Shown piece after piece: positions 8,847-18,197 of a DNA stretch of 64,000 nt (its first letter is position 1; every line of letters starts with the position of its first letter). This stretch comes from a virus. The notes beneath the pieces were generated by a model. The model had not been told where the DNA came from. It did no database searches and was given only the letters and a program-made list of their open reading frames with translations. Location: positions 1 to 64,000 of IMG/VR virus record IMGVR_UViG_3300042154_002686; one strand, written 5' to 3'. Both the position numbers and the translations under genes were made by a program.

Positions 8847-9666
8847 CTACACTTTTGGTGCAGTTGTCCACCTTGTTTCTCTTATTTGAAATAATAAATG
8901 AAATTATCCCAGATAAAACTATAATTCCAAGAGAGCCCCCAATTGCGTATTTAAACCAAGTCTCGTCAGCAATAAACGGAATCATTGCGGCTACAGTGCC
9001 AAAGCCAACAAGAACCATTCCAAGTTGCTTCAACTTACCAATCGGGGCAAAGATTGAAAGAAGGAGGCCAAGGGCAATAGCCGCACCGCCAGCCAGCAGT
9101 ATCCTTTCGTTATTATGATGCAATCGCTCTTGCTCCATCTCCTGCTTTCTAGCAATACGCTCCTGCTCAAGTTCCTGTTTTCTGGACTTTATCTCTAATT
9201 CCTTTTCCGCAATCTTAGACTCATACTCAGCCTGTTTCTTGGCCTTTTCTTGCTCGTATTTCGAGTTGGCTTCATTGATGGCCTTTCGTAAGGCTTCTGA
9301 GGTCGCAACCTCTTTGATGTAGTTTTCCTGTGAGTATTCGGATGCCCGTTTCTTAGCATAAGCAAAGTCCTCGGGGGAGGGTTGGCCGACCATAGCCTTG
9401 GCAACTCCAAGTTCACCCTTTATGACAGTCTTCTCGTTGCTGTCTGGGAGGCTCTCAGCCGTCTCACTTGCCACCCCCACAGCCGCCGCCACCCTGCTAA
9501 TACGCTTGTCCGTAAGGTGGTCTAACTTGTTCTCAGCACCAGACAACTCTTGGTTTGTTGCTGGCTGTGGAAGGGGGACTGCCGTGCTCGTCTTACAGCC
9601 AACAACGGCTGAAAGGGAAAAAAGCATGCAAGAAACTAAAAATGCAAGCCTTGTCTCAACGCACAT
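8818..9666 (-). CDS. lipoprotein with coiled coil and C-terminal TMs (spanin-like)
   Basis: lipobox-like AVVG-C, long E/K/Q coiled coil, 3 C-terminal hydrophobic helices. Confidence 0.55.
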   Translation of the reverse strand: MCVETRLAFLVSCMLFSLSAVVGCKTSTAVPLPQPATNQELSGAENKLDHLTDKRISRVAAAVGVASETAESLPDSNEKTVIKGELGVAKAMVGQPSPEDFAYAKKRASEYSQENYIKEVATSEALRKAINEANSKYEQEKAKKQAEYESKIAEKELEIKSRKQELEQERIARKQEMEQERLHHNNERILLAGGAAIALGLLLSIFAPIGKLKQLGMVLVGFGTVAAMIPFIADETWFKYAIGGSLGIIVLSGIISFIISNKRNKVDNCTKSVDDTSPPTSD

Positions 9667-9670
9667 AAGA

Positions 9671-9910
9671 TTAAGACTGGCTAACAGGGGCTGGAGGAGT
9701 CCAGTTAAGGCCGAGTCTTGAAATTTCAGCCATAAGTTCCGCTTGCGTAGCCTTTGTGATTAGCGTCAACTTTGAGGACGCACTTCCACCATGAGTGAAT
9801 TCCCTCAAGACGAAGACTTTCTTGCTTTCTGGCTCATAGAGGGCATTCCATCCCTTTGGGATGGAAAACTTGGGAAGAGTTTCGCTGGCAGGGAGGGGTG
9901 TATCGCTCAT
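9671..9910 (-). CDS. small protein downstream of fibre gene (possible chaperone)
   Basis: ORF track; position. Confidence 0.55.
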   Translation of the reverse strand: MSDTPLPASETLPKFSIPKGWNALYEPESKKVFVLREFTHGGSASSKLTLITKATQAELMAEISRLGLNWTPPAPVSQS

Positions 9911-9962
9911 AAATTAAGGTCTATATTCATTGAAATTTGTCAATTTAAAAGAATCGAAGGTT

Positions 9963-12900
9963 TTAGATTTGGTAGTAGCCTTGATTTCCATCGTACACGA
10001 TAGAATAGTAGATTGTCTGCTGTCCAGCCGAATCCCAATAAGAGCCACCGTAAATCACATCTCCAGCGTTTGCACTAGTGTTGCTACCAGTTGCCCATGT
10101 TCCACCACTTCCATCTGCGAATGTAGTCCCATATTCTGTGTAGTATGCAAATGAACCACTTGTAAGTATGTTGTTAAAATTATCATAAGCCTCCCAATTT
10201 AAGAATGTCTGAGAGGAGATAGCATAATCTATCACCCATCCATTTGGATACCAGCAACCATTGCTATTTGGATAATCACTTGTTATTGTACCTCCATTGC
10301 CGTCAGCAGTCACCACTTGGTGCACGAAGTAACCAATCCACATTGTTCCCACAAAGTCAGCGGCTTCAGATTGAACGCATCCAGAAGAATACACGAAGCC
10401 AGAAGGTGCGTGAGCCAAGTCTCCGTGTAATACCCATTCGTTTGTCCCGATTTTAACAAGAGTCGCAACTCCACCGTATCCGCTTATGCTACGCATTGAG
10501 TCTCTTGAGATTATGGTACATCCAGACTCGATGAACATCACAAGTGATGGCCCGCCTTGCACAAACTTTATCTCTGTTCCGTTTTCCACATTATAAGTAT
10601 TGTCTGAATACAGCAGAACTTGCGTATATGAAGAGGCGTATAAACGAACAAATGTATTCCATCCAATATTTTGGGTTACAGGGTAAGACTCATTTGCTAC
10701 TGAAACAATTGCGGGAACGGTGGCACTTCTTACAAATGATGTGGTTGCAACGGTGCTGTTGTTTGTCTTAATTGCCGCAGTGTTTGATGAAATCAAACCA
10801 TTTACAGTCAATGAATATGTAGAAGAAAAAGAAGTCGAAGAAACTCCAATCCCGACTTTTCCCTCGTTGTCAATTACGAATGCATTTGCGTCTGGAAGGG
10901 AGTCCTCTACAACCAGAGAGTGTGCGTTCAACTGTGTTGAACGATTTGTAACACGAAGGGCTGTTGTTGTTGCCGTTTCTAATGTTTGAATTGATTGAGG
11001 CTGGGTAAATACATTTCCGTTCTGAAGAGAGGCAAGAACCTTCCAAGCACCAGTTCCATCACGAAAGTTAAGATTAGCACCACCCGTAGTAATCCACATG
11101 TCTCCAGCGATTGTTGAAGATGTGTTCGTTCCACCGACTCCAACATTAAGCCCAGACGCTCCTCCAACAGAAGTAAAATTAACTTTCCCAGAAAAGGTAG
11201 CACCAGACAGTTCAGCAAGTCCAAGGCTTGCCGCAGACTTGTTTTTCCAAAGGTTTGTGGACTGCTCATAAGACACAAGGTCTTTATTCAACTTCCCATT
11301 AATTGCTACATCGTGAAGTTCGTTTAACTCAAATCCGTTGGATACATTTACTTCAATTTTCCCGTTATTATTGTTTGCTCTCGTAACAACCCCAACATAA
11401 ACTAAATGGTTTGGTGCAGATGGCTTGACATTGGTAATGCCGCCAGCAACGGTTGGCGAAAGATACAGTTGGTCTCCGTCATTAAACAAACCAGTATCCA
11501 CATCTAGAACCTCTCCAATGATGACCACAACACCAGTTCCGTTTACTGAAATATCCGACTCGGTGATGCCAAATGTTCTATATGAGGTAGATTCTGCGTT
11601 TGCTTGTGCAAGTGCAATTGTTGCATTGTTTCCATTTGCCCCATCGACATAAACAACAGAACGCTTTGGTATTAATGCGGCTGTTGAGTTCCTTACGGTT
11701 TTTGTTACCTTCTGGGTGGAAGGGCTTGTGGTGGATGACGCAACAGCGTTGTCAACATAAGCAGTGGTGGCTATCGTAGTTGAGTTGTCTGCTGGGGAAG
11801 GAGTCGGGGCTGTCGGTACTCCGCTAAGGGCTGGCGATGCAAGCGTTGCATACGGAGCAAGTGCCGAAGATGTGATGTACCCCTGCGATGTGACCCAAGA
11901 CTGCGTTGCGTACCCAGAAAGGTCTGGGAGACTTGTCCATGCAAGCATGTAGTTATCATCGCTTAGTTTGGTAAGAACTTGCCCCGTGAGTCCTCCGTCT
12001 GGCACAGTTCCCCATCCGTTGATTGTCACATACCCTTGGCTACCAACCCAAGACTCGGTCGCATATCCAGTAAGGTCTGTTTCTGGAACAACGCTCCAAT
12101 TTCCGTCCATTCGTCCGTATAGCAAGCCGTCTTGAGGGGCATCCGCAAGACCGCCTCCACTTCCATCTGGAAACTGAATTGGGCTATATGTAGCGTTATC
12201 AATTAAGTCATTTATTATTCTTATTTCGCCTTGGTAAAGGGTTTGCTTTATGAGTCCAGAAGTCAACTCAACCTCAAGCGTGGCCGTTACGCTTGTCGCA
12301 CCATTAAGAAGGTCTTCAATTTCAAGGGTATTCATGTTTACCAAGCCAGTCATTGTGCTAAAGCCAGTGAAGCCAATCGCACTTACTAAAAGCGACTCAT
12401 ATGAGCCATTGACTCTTGAAATATCCCAAGAAAGGTTTTCATTTTTTACCACTGAATACCGTGTAGAGGTAAGCGTTGCCGAAGAAGATATGCCACAGGC
12501 TATCAGTGCGTCCAACAATTCAGACGCTGACGCATCCCACTTTATTGCGGCTGTTGTCTTAGTTCCGTTTGAAATCGTAAAACTTCCATACTTTAATTCA
12601 TCGCTTATTTTTATTCTGAATATAGATGTTGTTATTTCAGAGATTGAAATGGTTGGCGTTGCGGCATGGGTGAATGTGCTAGAGTATGCAACTGGTGTTG
12701 TTTTTAACTTTACATTTTGAACCTCGTTGAGCAATGCTGTTCCTGTCGTTATTCTGGTTACAGTTGCATTTGAGTTCGGGTAAAGGCCAGTCGTATTAAT
12801 TACGCAGTCAGACTTTGCACCAACCGTATTAAATACGACCCTGTATGTGGTTGAGTTTACGAAGTAAACGATAACACCACCATCAGCAATAACTGATGGA

Positions 12901-13217
12901 AGTGAGTTTATTAAAAGATTTACTGACTGAATTGACGAAGGTATTGGTATCTGAACAATGTCAGATTCGTACTGAAATGTAAAACTTCCACTTGTTGGAA
13001 ATCTGTCTATTCTGCCAATTGCAAACTTTATACTTGAGTTTGATTGGAATGGTATCTCGACCGCCTCTCCACCGCTGGAATCAACAATGTGTATGTCTAC
13101 ATAAACATCATCACCCTGTGTGAGCACCATCTGCGGTGCTTGTGTGAATGTGTTAAAACCGCTAAAAACGGTGTTGTTTCGTGGATTAATCCACAGCGAT
13201 AAGTTGCTTGTGCTCAT
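9963..13217 (-). CDS. tail fibre/receptor-binding protein
   Basis: DAPQDGLLYGR, GYATESWV, ASPALSGVPTAPT, NSTTIATTAYV fibre motifs; FELNELHDV domain. Confidence 0.8.
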   Translation of the reverse strand: MSTSNLSLWINPRNNTVFSGFNTFTQAPQMVLTQGDDVYVDIHIVDSSGGEAVEIPFQSNSSIKFAIGRIDRFPTSGSFTFQYESDIVQIPIPSSIQSVNLLINSLPSVIADGGVIVYFVNSTTYRVVFNTVGAKSDCVINTTGLYPNSNATVTRITTGTALLNEVQNVKLKTTPVAYSSTFTHAATPTISISEITTSIFRIKISDELKYGSFTISNGTKTTAAIKWDASASELLDALIACGISSSATLTSTRYSVVKNENLSWDISRVNGSYESLLVSAIGFTGFSTMTGLVNMNTLEIEDLLNGATSVTATLEVELTSGLIKQTLYQGEIRIINDLIDNATYSPIQFPDGSGGGLADAPQDGLLYGRMDGNWSVVPETDLTGYATESWVGSQGYVTINGWGTVPDGGLTGQVLTKLSDDNYMLAWTSLPDLSGYATQSWVTSQGYITSSALAPYATLASPALSGVPTAPTPSPADNSTTIATTAYVDNAVASSTTSPSTQKVTKTVRNSTAALIPKRSVVYVDGANGNNATIALAQANAESTSYRTFGITESDISVNGTGVVVIIGEVLDVDTGLFNDGDQLYLSPTVAGGITNVKPSAPNHLVYVGVVTRANNNNGKIEVNVSNGFELNELHDVAINGKLNKDLVSYEQSTNLWKNKSAASLGLAELSGATFSGKVNFTSVGGASGLNVGVGGTNTSSTIAGDMWITTGGANLNFRDGTGAWKVLASLQNGNVFTQPQSIQTLETATTTALRVTNRSTQLNAHSLVVEDSLPDANAFVIDNEGKVGIGVSSTSFSSTYSLTVNGLISSNTAAIKTNNSTVATTSFVRSATVPAIVSVANESYPVTQNIGWNTFVRLYASSYTQVLLYSDNTYNVENGTEIKFVQGGPSLVMFIESGCTIISRDSMRSISGYGGVATLVKIGTNEWVLHGDLAHAPSGFVYSSGCVQSEAADFVGTMWIGYFVHQVVTADGNGGTITSDYPNSNGCWYPNGWVIDYAISSQTFLNWEAYDNFNNILTSGSFAYYTEYGTTFADGSGGTWATGSNTSANAGDVIYGGSYWDSAGQQTIYYSIVYDGNQGYYQI

Positions 13218-13218
13218 A

Positions 13219-15216
13219 TTAAACTACTTGTTGTGCTGGGATTCGGAATTTGGGACCACCTTCGCCAAATTGTATTAAAATCCATTGAGTAAATATGTAG
13301 TTTGGATTGGGTTGTGGACCGTAGTCCTCAAGGATTACCGCATCAGCAAGAAGGAACTCATTTCCAGTCTGCGGATTTGTGAACTTTAATGTAGAAATCT
13401 CTTCTGCTGATATCTTTCTTGTCGCAACAATATCTCTGCAATTAATCAATCCTTGACCAAATAAATCTTGAGCAGACACTACCTGTAATGTTCCAAAGAC
13501 ATTAAGCATCGCATCTGGGTAGTTGTTTCCACCAATTTGTCCACCAACCTGTATTTCTGTCTTTGCGACAAGGTCTCCAGCCTCGACAGACGAAGAAACA
13601 TTCAGCGTATTTGTTGTTATGTTTCCGAATGAAACAAGACCATCTACGGCAATGTTTGTAAAGGCATTGTGCGTATGGTTAATTGGGGAATAAAGATTAA
13701 CTGCATCCGCTGAGTTTAACTTTAATGAAAGAAGTTGTGGAAGTCCAACTATAGACTGAAAGTCGTGCGTATGGGATATGTTTGATTTTCCGTCAAGAGA
13801 ATTCTGGAGTAACGCTATGTCAGATATGTTGTGAGAGTGAAGTATCCCAGAATAGTTTGAAAGGTTTGCGGCAAGTTGAGATATGGACACAACTGGATTT
13901 GTGCCACTTAGAGTCACATTTGCGTTTATTGATTCAAGTTGTGAAGTCGTAAGAGACTGAACCTCTATATTGGATATTCTTCCTTCAAGTTGAATGTCTT
14001 TTGACTGAAGTGACGCTATGGAAGAGTCATCAATAGCACCGATATTTGTTCTTGCTTGAAGTTTCTCGACTGGAGTAAGCGACTGACTTGTGTCATATCT
14101 AACTACAGAGTCCGCTGGGATGAAGTTTCCGTACTGGTTTAAGGAGTAAGAATCAGTATCTATTAAGTCATTTAATATGGTACAATCTCCTTGATAAAGG
14201 GTTTTGTGTGTCCCGTTAGACTCAAGTTCAATCTCAATGGTAGCGGAGGCGGATGGCTGTCCAGAAAGCAACTCCTCAACCTGCATGGTATTCATGTTTA
14301 AAATGCCATACTTTGAATTATATGATATTATTGAATCACTATTTGCACTGAAATTATTGACGGTGTAGTTGTAAGTAGAAACATCCCAAGAATAGTCAGA
14401 ATTCTTGGACACAGTCCAAGAAGTAGAAAATTGAGCATTTAATGCTGTTTGGAAGTCTGCCGATGATGCCTCAACCGAAATTGGAGATGTTGTATATGGA
14501 GTTGACCCCACATTAAAGGAAACGACAAAAGAACCACCCTTGGGTCTTGTGTTTAATTCAACTCTCCATATTTTAGTGTCTCCATCAAATGACGCATCTC
14601 TTATTTGGGAATAAAAAGCCTCGCATGGGTCTTGTGGCTCAAACGAAACAATGTTAGCCACTGGTGCTTGTTTTGCGTGTATCTGTATAGTTTGATTAAC
14701 CGTAGCAGAACCAGCCGTTATTACGCTTATGGCAACGGATGATGTTGGGTACAGGGTGTTCCTGCTTACAACAATCGGGAAAGGGACAACACACTTGACA
14801 TTCCATGTAATTCTGTATATCGTGCTGTTCTTTATGACGACTACGCCACCCAAGGTTGCTATTGAAGGAAGTGCGTTAAGTGCAACTTGCACTTGGGAAG
14901 CGGTTGCGTTGTACGGCAGTATGCCAGTTGTCTCGGTGTTGTAAGATAACTCAAAGTCGCCAGAGGTTGGAGCAGTATCAATCTTGCCAATTGCAAGGGT
15001 CATCCCACCTGCCGCTGGCATCTGATACTCCATAATCTGGTCGTCACTTTCTTGCTTTAACACATGAACTTCTACCCCCACAACATCCCCCTGCTTAAGG
15101 TTTAAACTTGCACTGGAGGAAACTGCATTAAAAGACGACATTAGTCTATTTAGTGTGGTGTTTACCCAAAGTACAATATTGGGCACTTTTGACTGTGTTG
15201 GAGAGCCGCTTGGCAT
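13219..15216 (-). CDS. tail fibre protein, paralogue of 9963-13217
   Basis: shared N-terminal ~350 aa; QSLTPVEKLQARTNIGA and HTH-type fibre repeats (HSHNISDI, HTHDFQSI). Confidence 0.8.
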   Translation of the reverse strand: MPSGSPTQSKVPNIVLWVNTTLNRLMSSFNAVSSSASLNLKQGDVVGVEVHVLKQESDDQIMEYQMPAAGGMTLAIGKIDTAPTSGDFELSYNTETTGILPYNATASQVQVALNALPSIATLGGVVVIKNSTIYRITWNVKCVVPFPIVVSRNTLYPTSSVAISVITAGSATVNQTIQIHAKQAPVANIVSFEPQDPCEAFYSQIRDASFDGDTKIWRVELNTRPKGGSFVVSFNVGSTPYTTSPISVEASSADFQTALNAQFSTSWTVSKNSDYSWDVSTYNYTVNNFSANSDSIISYNSKYGILNMNTMQVEELLSGQPSASATIEIELESNGTHKTLYQGDCTILNDLIDTDSYSLNQYGNFIPADSVVRYDTSQSLTPVEKLQARTNIGAIDDSSIASLQSKDIQLEGRISNIEVQSLTTSQLESINANVTLSGTNPVVSISQLAANLSNYSGILHSHNISDIALLQNSLDGKSNISHTHDFQSIVGLPQLLSLKLNSADAVNLYSPINHTHNAFTNIAVDGLVSFGNITTNTLNVSSSVEAGDLVAKTEIQVGGQIGGNNYPDAMLNVFGTLQVVSAQDLFGQGLINCRDIVATRKISAEEISTLKFTNPQTGNEFLLADAVILEDYGPQPNPNYIFTQWILIQFGEGGPKFRIPAQQVV

Positions 15217-15251
15217 TTAATTATTGGGTTGTGTCAACAAAAGTTAAAATT

Positions 15252-16751
15252 TTAAGAAATAGACCATCCAACTATACCGACAGAACTTTCCCCACCGCTT
15301 ATCTGCAAATAAGGACGCATTTCAATAGATGTATCTGGGTAGTCATCATCTACCACCCTTATGTACTCGGATGGACATGGGTTGAAAATATCGTCTGACA
15401 CGCAGTCTGGGTCATAGTCTGGATTTTCAACCATCTTATATTGCTTTGATTTAAATCTGTCAGTAAAGTCTGCACTTGCTGTTCTTGTTAGTTCGTTGTA
15501 TTCGTATGTTTGTTGGAAGTAAGAATAAACAGGGTCGGCACACTCAATTATTGGCTGTCCCGACTGAGTGTATCCAGAAACCCAGCAAATAGTTTTTGAC
15601 ACTAGAAAATAAAATGTTATTTTAATAGAGTCAACACATATATTTTTTGGTCTTACATAAATCTCCAATTTTGTGTCGGAATACGCATACTCTTGTCCAT
15701 TCACTGGGTTTACAGAAAGTCGGGCTCCATAATTATAAACCCATATTGGTGTAATTTCAGAAACTGACCTTGGTCCCGAGTACCCAGTAAGAAGATAAAT
15801 AGGGTTTGCAACCACAAGATTTCTTGAGTATTCTGGCATTATTAATTCAAAGTTCTCGCTTGACTCGTTTGGGTAATATTCTAATGAAACCCCATTTTTT
15901 AACTTTGAAAAAGACACTGAGTCCAACTCATAAGAAAAACGATTTGACCAATATGGTATAGTTCTTTTTGGCGTAAAGAACCTTGTTTCCCTTTTATCGG
16001 TAACATAGTCACCCCAGAACTTATCTCTTATTTCGCTTTGGTGCTTTGCATGGTCAAACCATTCAAAAACTTGATACTTTGCACCGTCTGGGCCAACATA
16101 CTTATATTCTCCCATCTCATATATGTCGTGGTACGGATGGGCCTCCATGACTGAGTTAGCCAGTTGCTGTTCTGGCCTTCTGTCAAGATTTGAAGGGAAT
16201 TGAAGTATTTGGTTGTTTGCTCTTTGGTTGAAAAACCTGTCATTGTTTATAGTTGACTCTTCAAAGTTACCATCTTGGTCGGGAAGGTAAATTGGCATGC
16301 CATAGAACTCTATTCCTTCCATGAAGTTTACATATGGATGAACCTCGGTAAATGACATGGCTCCAAACTTCTTTCTATAAAAGAATGGCGTAACTGGCTC
16401 CTTCCCGTCCTCATAGTTGAGCATCCATGTCCTTATTCCATCCAAGTCCACCTCATCAGTGGGGGGCAAACTGCCCCCCCTGTATCGCCTTGTGGCTACA
16501 TATTGGACTCTATTGTAATTAACAACGGAGCCAATTTTGTACTGCATTCCAGCCTTCCAGTCGTAAACTATATCTTCTAAATAATCCCAAGTATCGTCAT
16601 TGTCTGGAGGTTTTATACTGCCAACATAATCCTCGTTTGCTTGGAAGACCCGCTCAATGCCGTCAGAGGACTTATAAGCAACCTTGCTATTAATGGTATA
16701 CCTTCCAGCCTTTGCGTCCTTCTCAGACCAGTCTGGGTAGTTGTATTGCAT
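15252..16751 (-). CDS. tail-associated protein with two CBM5/12-like modules
   Basis: W...YTINSKVAY...FQA and WKAGMQYKIGSVVNYNRVQYVA motifs. Confidence 0.65.
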   Translation of the reverse strand: MQYNYPDWSEKDAKAGRYTINSKVAYKSSDGIERVFQANEDYVGSIKPPDNDDTWDYLEDIVYDWKAGMQYKIGSVVNYNRVQYVATRRYRGGSLPPTDEVDLDGIRTWMLNYEDGKEPVTPFFYRKKFGAMSFTEVHPYVNFMEGIEFYGMPIYLPDQDGNFEESTINNDRFFNQRANNQILQFPSNLDRRPEQQLANSVMEAHPYHDIYEMGEYKYVGPDGAKYQVFEWFDHAKHQSEIRDKFWGDYVTDKRETRFFTPKRTIPYWSNRFSYELDSVSFSKLKNGVSLEYYPNESSENFELIMPEYSRNLVVANPIYLLTGYSGPRSVSEITPIWVYNYGARLSVNPVNGQEYAYSDTKLEIYVRPKNICVDSIKITFYFLVSKTICWVSGYTQSGQPIIECADPVYSYFQQTYEYNELTRTASADFTDRFKSKQYKMVENPDYDPDCVSDDIFNPCPSEYIRVVDDDYPDTSIEMRPYLQISGGESSVGIVGWSIS

Positions 16752-16756
16752 CTATG

Positions 16757-17374
16757 TTAGTTACTCCAAGACCAACTGTAAACATCAGTACCAACCTTCA
16801 TCCTGTTGACGACAAGATTAACATCGGACAATTGAGTAACTTGTGCCCTTCTTTGACCTTCATTGTCCTTTATTAATGCGATTACAGCAAGAGGGTAAAA
16901 ACTGGTGTCGCTTGTGTCGTTTGTTTGAAGTTCGGTTCTATATTCAATTTCAGACTCATTTGGAAACACCTTGCCAGATTGATAGGTAACCTTAATTCCA
17001 ACATATCCGAGGTCTGCTGTTATTGCAACCCGAGGCGGTCTTCCCTCTCCGAGTGTTTGGTCTAAAAACTTGCTTTCAAGTTTTGGTATTGTTCTATTAA
17101 CCATACCAACTGAAACATTAGCAAAAACAGTACCGTTATCCTCGTAAACAGTAACAACAAAAAATCTTAATTTTCTTCCAAGGGCAGGACGCTGTAAGCC
17201 AATAGTCCACCCCCTGTTGGTGTTGTGTATTTCGTATCCAACGCCACGCCTTGGAGTGCCAGCCTCTATGGCACGAAGTATCTTTTCAAGATACCCTGCG
17301 TTAAAGTTTTGGTCTGGTTTATAATCTGGGGTCTGACTGCTTGAGACAAACCCTCCCGAGTCTCCGATTGGCAT
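16757..17374 (-). CDS. tail tip protein (hypothetical)
   Basis: position after tape measure. Confidence 0.6.
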   Translation of the reverse strand: MPIGDSGGFVSSSQTPDYKPDQNFNAGYLEKILRAIEAGTPRRGVGYEIHNTNRGWTIGLQRPALGRKLRFFVVTVYEDNGTVFANVSVGMVNRTIPKLESKFLDQTLGEGRPPRVAITADLGYVGIKVTYQSGKVFPNESEIEYRTELQTNDTSDTSFYPLAVIALIKDNEGQRRAQVTQLSDVNLVVNRMKVGTDVYSWSWSN

Positions 17375-17376
17375 TT

Positions 17377-18192
17377 TTAGTTGCTTTCTTTATACATGTA
17401 CTTGTTGTGGGGCTTTCCAAGGACAGAAAGTGTGAATTCCATTTCAACCTTGAAAATCTTTGCATATTCAGTGACATTGCAAGAAACAAGCAACCAAGAA
17501 AGGTTATATTTAGCCACATTTAACACTGCCGCCCACTTAGGGCAATATGGGGGTACTTTGAACTGCGTACCAAGTCCGCTATACTGATATCTCAAAAACT
17601 TATCTGCGTTGTTTGTGTAAAAATTAACCGAGCAACTTCCTGCTGGTGCAACAAACTGTTCAACCGCAGGAACCTCTGGATGATTTGGTCCAAAACTCAC
17701 AAAATAACCCTGCTCATCTAATCTAATCTTCATTCTGTCCCCTGCGGCTTGACCAACCCACCTGTCAAACTCTGGGTGGAATCTGACGCTCTGCTCTCCA
17801 ACGCTTCCGCTAAGATTCCATTCTGGGTCAGTCATGCTTTGGCCGTTATCTATGCCGACATATTTAGCGGTGGTAGTGGCTATCCCGTTCTTCCCAAACA
17901 CAGTAGAAACATCCCAACACCAAAGATTTGGGTTGTTTGGGTGCTGGTCCTGTCTTGCTACAGGGGGCGTTCTAGCCTTCATGTCATTTGAGTGTCTCCA
18001 CTTAAAAACGCCCACGCCTTCGATAAGGTTTCTTCCGTTGTTAGAATAAGAATAATCTGGTTGTTCAATTAGACCAAACCTTTCCGCATCTTGAAAGCCG
18101 TAAGTTATTGGATTGTTATAAATGCCATTGCTTATTGTATCCTTTAAGGTTTCTGGCGGGGTCTGTCTGTTTGATGGTTGTGGTGTTGGCAT
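17377..18192 (-). CDS. distal tail/tip protein (hypothetical)
   Basis: position; start moved to ATG 18192 just after the TMP stop. Confidence 0.6.
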   Translation of the reverse strand: MPTPQPSNRQTPPETLKDTISNGIYNNPITYGFQDAERFGLIEQPDYSYSNNGRNLIEGVGVFKWRHSNDMKARTPPVARQDQHPNNPNLWCWDVSTVFGKNGIATTTAKYVGIDNGQSMTDPEWNLSGSVGEQSVRFHPEFDRWVGQAAGDRMKIRLDEQGYFVSFGPNHPEVPAVEQFVAPAGSCSVNFYTNNADKFLRYQYSGLGTQFKVPPYCPKWAAVLNVAKYNLSWLLVSCNVTEYAKIFKVEMEFTLSVLGKPHNKYMYKESN

Positions 18193-18197
18193 GTTAT

